NCBI RefSeq assembly: GCF_046119375.1
Contig: NW_027362769.1
Span: 414,718,001-414,782,000 of the forward strand
Direction: 5' to 3'
DNA from: Phyllobates terribilis
Taxonomy: Eukaryota
DNA: 64,000 bases
The notes under the pieces: generated by a model
What the model saw: the letters and a program-made list of their open reading frames with translations, nothing else
Told to the model about the DNA's origin: nothing
Databases searched by the model: none
Made by a program: the position numbers and the translations under genes
In this document: positions 24,201 to 35,863 of the stretch, in pieces
Numbering within the stretch: position 1 is the first letter of the stretch
Layout: the number at the start of each line of letters is the position of its first letter

Positions 24201-27075
24201 ACCGGGGTCTTCCAGCACTATATAAAGAGGGGGATAACACCCCGCCATGCCATGTACCGGGGTCCCCAAGTACTATATATAAAGACCCCACTCTGGCGAT
24301 GTCGGGGGTCCGCACCTGTAGTGAGATGCGGTGGTGCTTCTCCTGGAGGACAGTCGCCAGGTCCTGCAGTTTGTGGTCCTCAGTGAAGACCTCCTTGTTC
24401 TGCGATCGATGCGTCTCCTCCACCTGATCAGCGTCTGGGGGGTACAGAATACGGGGTGACATCCCATCATGCTCTCTGCTCTGTGCCAGGGTTAAGCGGG
24501 GTCACTTACCTGCGCCGCGTTCGCACAGCTCCTGCATCCGGCCGTGCAGCTTGCTGGAGGTCTCCAGGACGCAGGACACCGCGCGCTTACTGAACTCCAT
24601 GCGGTCCTGCAGCTGCAGCTCCATCTCCTCTGCGGTGCTGAACGCCAGGGTGGCCAGGAACGTCAGAGAGGATTCTGGGAGAACGCCGGGGGAGGCCTGC
24701 GCTGCAGGGGCCGCTGCGGGGGCCGAGGAGTCTGCAGACACCAGAGAGCAGAGGTGAGAGCCATGGATGCTGTGCCAGGACCTCCGATACAACGCCCAGG
24801 ACAGGACACCCAATGGCCGCCGCCCGGCTGACAGTCCTAAGCATGCAACACCCTCAGAGGGAGGACCACAACCCCCAGCAGAGCCGCATCAAAGACCAAG
24901 ATAAAAAGTCGCCGCCCACAGTGCCCGGGGGGACCGCCTGCCGCCGGAGTCCGGGTGGGGGGGGGGGGGGGGGGTGGGTGACGGCATGACTGGATGCTTC
25001 TGACGCCGCAGCATTTTGTTCTCTGACATGTTTTGCACATCGGCTGTGGGGAGCGGCGAGTTCTGCTCCTGAGGATGTGACCGGAGCAACCAGACATGAG
25101 CAGTCGCATCCCGGTACCTTTGCTATCGGACACCTCGGTGAGCGGCTCCTCTGCAGCCTCCGGCTCTGTGGGATTCTCTGTGTTTTCGGGGGGCGCGTCC
25201 ACAGCAGCGCCGGCATCAGAGTCGTAGCGCTTCAACAGAAGCTGCACATTCTCATCCAGCTGGAAAGAAGGGCGAGAATCAGCAGAGCAAGAACATAGCG
25301 GAGGCCGTCCACACATAGCCTCCAGCAGTCCTGAACCCCTGACTGTCCGCCAGCCCACCGCAGCCCGTTACTGTCCCGCCAAACCCCGCCATGTCCCCCA
25401 ACCCCTCAATGTCCCTCTTCTGACCCACTCACTGTCCGCCAGCCCACCGCAGCCCGTTACTGTCCTGCCAGAGCCCACCATGTCCCCCTCCCCACCGCAG
25501 CCCGTTACTGTCCTGCCAGAGCCCACCATGTCCCCCGACCCCTCACTGTCCCCCTCCCCACCGCAGCCCGTTACTGTCCTGCCAGAGCCCACCATGTCCC
25601 CCGACCCCTCACTGTCCCCCTCCTGACCCACCCACTGTCCCCTGCCCCCCCTCCACTGTACCCCCATGTTCTAGCAGCCCAGCCCCCCTCATTTACATCC
25701 TCTCCCGTGGTCTTCCCTCACCTGGCTCCAGTAGCGGTTGACAATAAGCAGCGTGGCGTCGTCCGTGGCTTGTCGCTTCTCCAGCTTCTCTATCTTCTCG
25801 CGGAGCTCGTCCTCCACTCCCTGACGCTGCTCCAGACGCTCCGCCAGCTTCTTGTTCTTGAACTGTAAGACCTTCATGTCCATCTCCTCCTGAGAACAGG
25901 AGTCAGCAGTGAGGAGGAGAAGAAGAACAAGAAGAAGAACAAGAAGAAGAACAACAANNNNNNNNNNNNNNNNNNNNNNNNNNNNNNNNNNNNNNNNNNN
26001 NNNNNNNNNNNNNNNNNNNNNNNNNNNNNNNNNNNNNNNNNNNNNNNNNNNNNNNNNNNNNNNNNNNNNNNNNNNNNNNNNNNNNNNNNNNNNNNNNNNN
26101 NGAACAACAAGAAGAAGAACAACAAGAAGAAGAACAACAAGAAGAAGAACAACAAGAAGAAGAACAACAAGAAGAAGAACAACAAGAAGAACAACAACAA
26201 GANNNNNNNNNNNNNNNNNNNNNNNNNNNNNNNNNNNNNNNNNNNNNNNNNNNNNNNNNNNNNNNNNNNNNNNNNNNNNNNNNNNNNNNNNNNNNNNNNN
26301 NNNNNNNNNNNNNNNNNNNNNNNNNNNNNNNNNNNNNNNNNNNNNNNNNNNNNNNNNNNNNNNNNNNNNNNNNNNNNNNNNNNNNNNNNNNNNNNNNNNN
26401 NNNNNNNNNNNNNNNNNNNNNNNNNNNNNAGAAGAAGAAGAAGGACGAGGAGAAGAGGGGCCAAAAGGGAGAAAACGAGAAGAAGAAGAAGAAGGACGAG
26501 GACAAGAGGGGCCAAAGGGAGAAAACGAGAAGAAGAAGGACGAGGACGAAGAGGGGCCAAAGAGAGAAAACGAGAAGAAGAAGGACGAGGACGAAGAGGG
26601 GCCAAAGGGAGAAAACGAGAAGAAGAAGGACGAGGACGAAGAGGGGCCAAAGGGAGAAAACGAGAAGAAGAAGGACGAGGACGAAGAGGGGCCAAAGGGA
26701 GAAAACGAGAAGAAGAAGGACGAGGACGAAGAGGGGCCAAAGGGAGAAAACGAGAAGAAGAAGGACGAGGACGAAGAGGGGCCAAAGGGAGAAAACGAGA
26801 AGAAGAAGGACGAGGACGAAGAGGGGCCGAAGGGAGAAAGAAGAAGAAGAGGGGCCGAAGGGAGAAAGAAGAAGAAGAGGGGCCGAAGGGAGAAAGAAGA
26901 AGAAGAGGGGCCGAAGGGGGACAGAGGCGTGGGAGGCACTGACCGTAGAGGAGATGCCGCCCAGGCGGATGGGCTCGATCAGCGTGGTCGGCGTCTTCTC
27001 CTCATGGTTGGGCTTCTTCTCTGGGGGACCTGACACTCCGTCCCCCGACGCTCTCTTGTTACCGGGGGCAGACAT
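3247..27075 (-). CDS. rnf40: E3 ubiquitin-protein ligase BRE1B (RING finger protein 40), 19 coding exons, 973 aa
   Basis: Exons (minus, 5'->3'): 27075-26944, 25889-25722, 25259-25118, 24731-24510, 24434-24316, 21098-20952, 19576-19502, 19430-19311, 19222-19043, 18963-18828, 15790-15669, 15583-15252, 15153-15036, 14965-14816, 14741-14529, 14460-14335, 7232-7092, 4113-4012, 3423-3247. All introns GT-AG, phases consistent, total 2922 nt. N-term [67 protein letters not shown] matches RNF40 rather than RNF20. C-terminal RING: [39 protein letters not shown]. Confidence 0.97.
3471..3835. repeat. ~50-57-bp degenerate minisatellite in the last rnf40 intron
   Basis: Repeated CCTGACCCCTGCACCCCGCCCCAGGTGCCAACCCTGCATGAAACCTCGGGCCCTGCA and shortened variants. 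Confidence 0.85.
4176..6312 (-). mobile_element. 5'-truncated, degenerate CR1-clade LINE (3' part of ORF2 RT, 3' UTR and tail)
   Basis: Minus-strand fragments [69 protein letters not shown]; ORF2 stop near 4371; short-repeat tail ACATAGTAACATAGT (+) at 4176-4190; several frameshifts and stops. Confidence 0.93.
4676..5455. repeat. 38-bp tandem repeat (~20 copies) amplified from inside the CR1 RT
   Basis: Unit ACCTGTCTTGGTATTGCAGACCCCCCAGTCCTCTAATA encodes CR1 [11 protein letters not shown] on the minus strand; CR1 sequence resumes on both sides. Confidence 0.95.
6331..7102. repeat. 33-bp near-perfect tandem repeat (~23 copies) containing a copy of the rnf40 exon/intron junction
   Basis: Unit GCCTGCGCTCTCTAGTGGCGGCTGCGGGGCATC; the terminal unit overlaps the exon end and the GT donor at 7091. 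Confidence 0.97.
7266..14305. repeat. 18-bp minisatellite (~7 kb) filling an rnf40 intron
   Basis: Core CACGTCCCAGAGCCGC(C/A) with variants AACAGTCA and CCCCGGAGCCACCACACAT; 6-aa periodicity (HVPEPP). Confidence 0.97.
15880..18815. repeat. Composite G-rich minisatellite (~35-40-bp modules, ~105-110-bp superunit)
   Basis: Modules GGGGCACAGGCACGGCCTCAGGGCGCAGTGTT, GGGGAGCGCAGGCAGTGTCGGGGGGTGGGCGCAGCGTT and GGTGAGCACAGTGTCG(G)nTTGGTGCAGCGTT in shuffled order. Confidence 0.93.
19606..20860. repeat. 27/28-bp purine-rich minisatellite
   Basis: GGAGAGCGAAGGAGAGCGGGCCGACGGC grading into GGCCAGCGGGGGAGGGAGGAGAGCGAA. Confidence 0.93.
21149..24281. repeat. 55-bp tandem repeat (~57 copies)
   Basis: Unit GAGGGGGATAAGACCCCGCCRTGTCATGTACCGGGATCCTCCAACACTATATATA; the pattern shifts 5 nt per 60-nt line, giving period 55. 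Confidence 0.97.
25340..25625. repeat. Short degenerate tandem repeat in an rnf40 intron
   Basis: Repeated CCACCGCAGCCCGTTACTGTCCTGCCAGAGCCCACCATGTCCCC (4-5 copies). Confidence 0.8.
25912..26915. repeat. GAA/AAC low-complexity tract plus 45-bp repeat, with two N runs (25958-26101, 26203-26429)
   Basis: (AAG/AAC)n then GAAAACGAGAAGAAGAAGGACGAGGACGAAGAGGGGCCAAAGGGA x~8. Confidence 0.9.
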
Positions 27076-27261
27076 GTTGCTCCTGGTTCTGTGCGCGGCC
27101 GATGTGTCACATCTACAACCAAACAGGCGATTAGTGACGTCACCACATCGTATCCACGACAACAAGACACGAGGCCTCAGTCACCCCCTTCCCCGCCCCG
27201 AGGTCACAGCGAGTCACCTGACAACGTACGCCAGAGGCAGCGACAAGGAGAGAGACAGCTG

Positions 27262-27871
27262 GGGGCGGGGTCACACACACACACAGCGCCCCGGGGGCGG
27301 GGTCACACACACACACAGCGCCCCGGGGGGAGCACACACACACACACAGCGCCCCGGGGGGGGGGGTCACACACACACACAGCGCCCCGGGGGGGGGCCA
27401 CACACAGCGCCCCGGGGGGGGGCACACACACAGAGCGCCCCGGGGGGGGGGGCACAAACAGAGCGCCCCGGGGGGGGGGGGGCACACACACACACAGAGC
27501 GCCCCGGGGGGGGGGGCACACACTTACACAGAGCGCCCCGGGGGGGGCCACACACACACACACACACAGAGCGCCCCGGGGGGGGGGGGGGCCACACACA
27601 CACACACACACACACAGAGCGCCCCGGGGGGGGGCGCACACACACACACACAGCGCCCCGGGGGGGGGGGGGGCACACACACACACAGCGCCCCGGGGGG
27701 GGGGGGCACACACACACAGAGCGCCCCGGGGGGGGCACACACACACACACAGCGCCCCCGGGGGGGGGGGCCACACACACACACAGAGCGCCCCGGGGGG
27801 GGGCCCACACACACACAGAGCGCCGGGGGGGGGGGGGGGGGCACACACACAGAGCGCCCCGGGGGGGGGGG

Positions 27872-27923
<52 letters not shown>

Positions 27924-28767
27924 CGCCCCGGGGGGGGGGGGCCACACACACACAGCACCCCAGGGGGGGCGGGGAAACACACACACACACAGCACCCCGG
28001 GGGGGGGCACACACACACACAGCGCCCCGGGGGGGGGGGGGGGGGGCACACACACACACACAGCGCCCCGGGGGGGGGGCCACACACACACACACACACA
28101 CACACACAGCGCCCCGGGGGGGGGGCCACACACACAGCACCCCAGGGGGGGCCACAGACACACACACGCACACACACACACACAGCGTCCTGGGGGGGGC
28201 CACACACACACACACACAGCGTCCCGGGGGGGGGGCCACACACACACACGCAGCGCCCCGGGGGGGGCCACACACACACACACACACACGCACATACACA
28301 CAGCGCCCCGGGGGGGGTGGCACACACACAGCGCCCCGGGGGGGGTGGCACACACACAGCGCCCCGGGGGGGGGGTGGCACACACACAGCGCCCCGGGGG
28401 GGGTGGCACACACACAGCGCCCCGGGGGGGGTGGCACACACACAGCGCCCCGGGGGGGGTGGCACACACACAGCGCCCCGGGGGGGGTGGCACACACACA
28501 GCGCCCTGGGGGGGGGGGTGGCACACACACAGCGCCCTGGGGGGGGGGTGGCACACACACAGCGCCCCGGGGGGGGTGGCACACACACAGCGCCCCGGGG
28601 GGGCGGGGAAACACACACACAGCACCCCGGGGGGGGGGCCACACACACAGCACCCCAGGGGGGGCCACAGACACACACACGCACACAGCGCCCTGGGGGG
28701 GGCCACACACACACAGCGTCCCGGGGGGGGGGGCCACACACACACACGCAGCGCCCCGGGGGGGGGG

Positions 28768-28803
<36 letters not shown>

Positions 28804-30650
28804 CGCCCCGGGGGGGGGGCACACACACAGCGCCCCGGGGGGGGGTGGCACACACACAGCGCCCGGGGGGGGGGGGGGCACACACACAGCGCCCCGGGGG
28901 GGGGGGGGGCACACACACAGCGCCCCGGGGGGGGGGGGGGCACACACACAGCGCCCCGGGGGGGGGGGGGGGCACACACACAGCGCCCCGGGGGGGGGGG
29001 GCACACACACAGCGCCCCGGGGGGGGGGCACACACACACACAGCGCCCGGGGGGGGGGGGGGCACACACACACACAGCGCCCGGGGGGGGGGGGCACACA
29101 CACAGAGCGCCCCGGGGGGGGGGGCACACACACAGCGCCCGGGGGGGGGGGGGCACACACACACACAGCGCCCGGGGGGGGGGGGGCACACACACAGAGC
29201 GCCCCGGGGGGGGGGGCACACACACACACACAGAGCACCCCGGGGGGGGGGCACACACACACACAGAGCGCCCCGTGGGGGGGCACACACACACACACAC
29301 ACACACACAGAGCGCCCCGGGGGGGGCACACACACACAGAGCGCCCCGGGGGGGGGGCACACACACACAGAGCGCCCCGGGGGGGGGGGGGCCACACACA
29401 CACACACAGAGCGCTCCGGGGGGGGGGGGGCCACACACACACACACACACACACAGCACTCCGGGGGGGGGGGGGGGGCCACACACACACACACACACAC
29501 ACAGCGCCCAGGGGGGGGGGGGGGGCCACACACACACACAGCGCCCAGGGGGGGGGGGGGGGCCACACACACACACAGCGCCCCGGGGGGGGGCCACAGA
29601 CACACACACACACACAGCGCCCTGGGCGGGGCCACACACACACACCACACACACAGCGCCCCGGGGGGGGGGGCCCACACACACACACAGCGCCCCGGGT
29701 GGGGGGGGGGGCACACACACACACACAGCGCCCCGGGGGCGGGGGGGCCACACACACACACACAGCGCCCCGGGGGGGGGGGCACACACACACACAGCGC
29801 CCCGGGGGGGGGCCACACACACAGCACCCCGGGGGGGGGCCACACACACAGCACCCCGGGGGGGGGCCACACACACAGCACCCCGGGGGGGGGCCACAGA
29901 CACACACGCACAGCGCCCTGGGGGGGGGCCACACACACACACAGCGTCCCGGGGGGGGGGGGGGCACACACACACACAGCACCCCGGGGGGGGCCACAGA
30001 CACACACACAGCGCCCTGGGGGGGGCCACACACACACAGCGTCCCGGGGGGGGGGGCCAAACACACACACGCAGCGCCCCGGGGGGGGGCCACACACACA
30101 GCGCCCCGGGGGGGGGGGGGGGGGGTCACACACACAGCGCCCCGGGGGGGGGGGGGGTCACACACACAGCGCCCCGGGGGGGGGGGGGGCACACACAAAG
30201 CGCCCCGGGGGGGGGGGGGCACACACAAAGCGCCCGGGGGGGGGGGGGCACACACAAAGCGCCCCGGGGGGGGGGGGGGGGCACACACACACACACAGAG
30301 CGCCCCGGGGGGGGGGCACACACACAGAGCGCCCCGNNNNNNNNNNNNNNNNNNNNNNNNNNNNNNNNNNNNNNNNNNNNNNNNNNNNNNNNNNNNNNNN
30401 NNNNNNNNNNNNNNNNNNNNNNNNNNNNNNNNNNNNNNNNNNNNNNNNNNNNNNNNNNNNNNNNNNNNNNNNNNNNNNNNNNNNNNNNNNNNNNNNNNNN
30501 NNNNNGGGGGGCCCACACACAGAGCGCCCGAGGGGGGGGGGGGGGCCACACACACAGAGCGCCCCGAGGGGGGGGGGGGGGCCCACACACACACACACAG
30601 CGCCCCGGGGGGGGGCACACACACACACAGAGCGCCCCGGGGGGGGGGGG

Positions 30651-30684
<34 letters not shown>

Positions 30685-32629
30685 CGCCCCGGGGGGGGGG
30701 GGGGCACACACACACACACACAGAGCGCCCCGAGGGGGGGGCCACACACACACACACAGAGCGCCCCGGGGGGGGGGGCACACACACACACACAGAGCGC
30801 CCGGGGGGGGGGGGGCACACACACACAGAGCACCCCGGGGGGGGGGGGGGGGGCACACACACAGCGCCCCGGGGGGGGGACACACACACACACACACAGA
30901 GCGCCCCGGGGGGGGGGGGGGGGGGGGCCACACACACACACACACACACAGAGCGCCCCGGGGGGGGGCACACACACAGCGCCCCGGGGGGGGGGCCACA
31001 CACACACACACACACACACACACAGCGCCCCGGGGGGGGGGCCACACACACACACAGCGCCCGGGGGGGGGGGCCACACACACACACACAGCGCCCAGGG
31101 GAGGGGGGGCCACACACACACAACAGCGCCCAGGGGAGGGGGGGGCCACACACACACACAGCGCCCCGGGGGGGGGGGGCCACACACACACACAGCGCCC
31201 CGGGGGGGGGGGGGCCACACACACAGCGCCCCGGGGGGGGGGGCCACACACACACACAGCGCCCCGGGGGGGGGGGCCACACACACACACAGCGCCCCGG
31301 GGGGGGGGGCCACACACACACACAGCGCCCCGGGGGGGGGGGGGAACACACACAGCGCCCCGGGGGGGGGGGGCGGGAAACACACACAGCACCCCGGGGG
31401 GGGGGGGGGGCCACAGACACAGCACCCCGGGGGGGGGGGGGGCCACAGACACACACACACAGCGCCCTGGGGGGGGCCACACACACACACGCAGCGCCCC
31501 GGGGGGGGGCCACACACACACACGCAGCGCCCCGGGGGGGGGGGGGTCACACACACAGCACCCCGGGGGGGGGGCACACACACAGCACCCCGGGGGGGGG
31601 GGCACACACACAGCACCCCGGGGGGGGGGCACACACACAGCACCCCGGGGGGGGGGCACACACACAGCACCCCGGGGGGGGGCACACACACAGCACCCCG
31701 GGGGGGGGGGGGGCACACACACACGCAGTGCCCCGGGGGGGGCACACACACACGCAGTGCCCCGGGGGGGGGGCCACACACACACGCAGTGCCCCGGGGG
31801 GGGGGCCACACACACACGCAGTGCCCCGGGGGGGGGGCCACACACACACGCAGTGCCCCGGGGGGGGGGCCACACACACACGCAGTGCCCCGGGGGGGGG
31901 GCCACACACACACGCAGTGCCCCGGGGGGGGGGCCCACACACACACGCAGTGCCCCGGGGGGGGGGGCCACACACACACGCAGTGCCCCGGGGGGGGGGC
32001 CACACACACACGCAGTGCCCCGGGGGGGGGGCCACACACACACGCAGTGCCCCGGGGGGGGGCCACACACACACACACACACAGCGTCCCGGGGGGGGGG
32101 GGGGGGGGGCCACACACACACACGCAGCGCCCAGGGGGGGGCCACACACACACACGCAGCCCCCCCCAGGGGGCGGGGTCACACACACGCAGCCCCCCAG
32201 GGGGCGGGGTCACACACACGCAGCCCCCCCAGGGGGCGGGGCCACACACACGCAGCCCCCCCAGGGGCGGGGCCACACACACGCAGCCCCCCCAGGGGGC
32301 GGGGCCACACACACACGCTGCCCCCCCCGGGGGGCGGGGCCACACACACACGCAGCGCCCTGGGGGGGCGGGGCCACACACACACGCAGCGCCCTGGGGG
32401 GGGCCACACACACACGCAGCGCCCTGGGGGGGGCCACACACACACACAGCGCCCTGGGGGGGGGGCCACACACACACACAGCGCCCTGGGGGGGGGGCCA
32501 CACACACACACAGCGCCCTGGGGGGGGGGGCCACACACACACACAGCGCCCCGGGGGGGGGGGGGCACACACACACGCAGTGCCCCGGGGGGGGGGGGGC
32601 ACACACACACACAGCGCTCCGGGGGGGGG

Positions 32630-32661
<32 letters not shown>

Positions 32662-35400
32662 CGTCCCGGGGGGGGGCCACACACACACACGCAGCGCCCC
32701 GGGGGGGGGGCCACACACACACACGCAGCCCCCCCCAGGGGGCGGGGTCACACACACGCAGCCCCCCCAGGGGGCGGGTCACACACACGCAGCCCCCCCA
32801 GGGGGCGGGGTCACACACACGCAGCCCCCCCAGGGGGCGGGGCCACACACACACGCAGCCCCCCCCAGGGGGCGGGGCCACACACACGCAGCCCCCCCCA
32901 GGGGGCGGGGTCACACACACACACACAGCGCCCTGGGGGGGGGCCACACACACAGCGCCCCGGGGGGGGGGCCCACACACACAGCGCCCTGGGGGGGGCC
33001 ACACACACACAGCGCCCTGGGGGGGGGCCACACACACACACAGCGCCCTGGGGGGGGGCCACACACACACAGCGCCCTGGGGGGGGCCACACACACACAG
33101 CGCCCTGGGGGGGGGCCACACACACACACACACAGCGCCCCGGGGGGGGGGCCACACACACACAGCGCCCCGGGGGGGGGCACACACACACAGCGCCCCG
33201 GGGGGGGGGGGCACACACACACACACAGCGCCCCGGGGGGTGCCACACACACAGCGCCCCGGGGGGGGGGCCCCACACACACAGCGCCCCGGGGGGGGGG
33301 CCCCACACACACAGCGCCCCGGGGGGGGGGCCCCACACACACAGCGCCCCGGGGGGGGGGCCACACGCCACACACACAGCGCCCCGGGGGGGGGGGGCCA
33401 CACACACAGCGCCCCGGGGGGGGGGGCCACACACACAGCGCCCCGGGGGGGGGGGCCACACACACAGCGACCCGGGGGGGGGGGGGCACACACACAGCGA
33501 CCCGGGGGGGGGGGGGCACACACACAGCGCCCCGGGGGGGGGGGGGGCACACACACAGCGCCCGGGGGGGGGGGGGGGGGGGCACACACACAGCGCCCCG
33601 GGGGGGGGGGGGGGGGGGGCACACACACAGCGCCCCGGGGGGGGGGGGGGGCACACACACAGCGACCCGGGGGGGGGGGGGGGGGGGCACACACACAGCG
33701 ACCCGGGGGCACACACACAGCGACCCGGGGGCACACACACAGCGACCCGGGGGCACACACACAGCGACCCGGGGGCACACACACAGCGACCCGGGGGCAC
33801 ACACACAGCGACCCGGGGGGGGGGGGGCACACACACAGCGACCCGGGGGGGGGGGGGGGGGCACACACACAGCGACCCCGGGGGGGGGGGGGGGCACACA
33901 CAGCGACCCGGGGGGGGGGGGGGGGGCACACACAGCGACCCGGGGGGGGGGGGGCACACACACAGCGACCCGGGGGGGGGGGGGGCACACACACAGCGAC
34001 CCGGGGGGGGGGGGGGGGGGCACACACACAGCGACCCGGGGGGGGGGGGGCACACACACAGCGACCCGGGGGGGGGGGGGCACACACACAGCGACCCGGG
34101 GGGGGGGGGGCACACACACAGCGACCCGGGGGGGGGGGGGGGGGGCACACACACAGCGCCCCGGGGGGGGGGGGGGCACACACACAGCGCCCCGGGGGGG
34201 GGGGGGGGGCACACACACAGCGCCCCGGGGGGGGGGGGGGGCACACACACACACACACACACACACACAGCGCCCCCAGGGGGCGGGGTCACACACACAC
34301 AGCCCCCCCAGGGGGCGGGGTCACACACACACAGCCCCCCCAGGGGGCGGGGTCACACACACACAGCACAGCCCCCCCAGGGGGCGGGGTCACACACACA
34401 CAGCGCAGCCCCCCCAGGGGGCGGGGTCACACACACACAGCGCAGCCCCCCCAGGGGGCGGGGTCACACACACACGCGCAGCCCCCCCAGGGGGCGGGTC
34501 ACACACACACAGCGCAGCCCCCCCAGGGGGCGGGGTCACACACACACAGCGCAGCCCCCCCAGGGGGCGGGGTCACACACACACAGCGCAGCCCCCCAGG
34601 GGCGGGGGTCACACACACACAGCGCAGCCCCCCCAGGGGGCGGGGTCACACACACACAGCGCAGCCCCCCAGGGGGCGGGGTCACACACACACAGCGCAG
34701 CCCCCCCAGGGGGCGGGGTCACACACACACGCAGCCCCCCCAGGGGGCGGGGTCACACACACACACAGCGCCCCCAGGGGGCGGGGTCACACACACACAG
34801 CGCCCCCAGGGGGCGGGGTCACACACACACAGCGCCCCCCAGGGGGCGGGGTCACACACACACAGCCCCCCCCAGGGGCGGGGTCACACACACACAGCCC
34901 CCCCAGGGGGCGGGGTCACAACACACAGCCCCCCGGGCGGGTCACACACACACAGCGCAGCCCCCCCAGGGGGCGGGGTCACACACACACGCAGCCCCCA
35001 GGGGGCGGGATCACACACACACGCAGCCCCCCCAGGGGGCGGGGTCACACACACACACGCAGCCCCCCCAGGGGGCGGGGTCACACACACGCGCAGCCCC
35101 CCCAGGGGGCGGGATCACAAACACACGCAGCCCCCCCAGGGGGCGGGATCACACACACACACGCAGCCCCCCCAGGGGGCGGGATCACACACACACGCAG
35201 CCCCCCCAGGGGGCGGGATCACACACACACACGCAGCCCCCNNNNNNNNNNNNNNNNNNNNNNNNNNNNNNNNNNNNNNNNNNNNNNNNNNNNNNNNNNN
35301 NNNNNNNNNNNNNNNNNNNNNNNNNNNNNNNNNNNNNNNNNNNNNNNNNNNNNNNNNNNNNNNNNNNNNNNNNNNATCACACACACAGCGCCCGGGTGGG
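27262..35400. repeat. ~8-kb compound (CA)n-GCGCCCC-(G)n minisatellite in rnf40 intron 1, with N runs at 30337-30505 and 35242-35375
   Basis: Units such as CACACACAGCGCCCCGGGGGGGGGG with variable CA and G run lengths; later variant GCAGCCCCCCCAGGGGGCGGGGTCACACAC. Confidence 0.95.
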
Positions 35401-35612
35401 CGGGGTTATAGCGGCTCGGCAGTCGGAGCACTGCTCGTCTTGCAGCACACTGCCGGCGGCCGCCCGGAGCAGGGCTCAGTCTCCTTGTGACCGGGGCCGG
35501 TATTCGGTGGGGCCGTCCCCCTTCCGTCCTGACATCATTACTATCATCACGCAGCGGGCGGCAGTTCGGCTCCCGGCTCTCCTCACAGCCGGATACCGTA
35601 TCCGGTGCTCAC

Positions 35613-35660
35613 TCCTACCGTGTCCGCCATCTTCTCTCAGCAGTCGGATCTCTCTTCACC
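35613..35660 (-). other. Putative non-coding first exon of rnf40
   Basis: Inference: candidate donors ACG|GTAGGA (exon end 35619) or GGA|GTGAGC (35613) next to the promoter motifs. The matching acceptor is TTGTAG|ATGTGA at 27112, with a CACTAAT branch-like motif upstream. TSS position not determinable. Confidence 0.45.
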
Positions 35661-35812
35661 TCTCCGCGCATGCGCCTTGACAGCCGCGAGCGCTCCTTTG
35701 CCGTCCACTAGCCTCACTGCTATTGGCCGCCGCGGATGTCATTTATAGGAGGCCGCGTTAGTATTGGCTGGTGGTGTATGAGCCCCGCCCATCCGCCGTT
35801 ACCCATGGTAAC
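35624..35812. promoter_or_regulatory. Bidirectional CpG-rich promoter shared by rnf40 and cfap119
   Basis: YY1 CCGCCATCTT 35624-35633; NRF1 GCGCATGCGC 35666-35675; ATTGG (CCAAT) 35722-35726 and 35763-35767; GC box CCCCGCCC 35783-35790; RFX X-box GTTACC-CAT-GGTAAC 35798-35812. Confidence 0.8.
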
Positions 35813-35863
35813 TGTGTTCCGGGCTCCAGATAAGCTGTTGTCAGGGAGACCAGACGCCGAGAG

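Noticed and set aside
25909-27033. Charged [11 protein letters not shown]
   Set aside because: GAA-rich intronic repeat spanning N runs, antisense to rnf40.
3247-27075. Alternative call RNF20 (BRE1A)
   Set aside because: The N-terminus ([32 protein letters not shown]) and adjacency to cfap119 match RNF40.
25958-35375. Four N runs (144, 227, 169, 134 nt) as biological features
   Set aside because: Unresolved or masked bases inside low-complexity arrays; they limit confidence in array lengths only.
26954-35680. 2300-2900-aa Gly/His/Thr ORFs
   Set aside because: Artefacts of the CA/G-run array; all three frames are open and they cross N runs.
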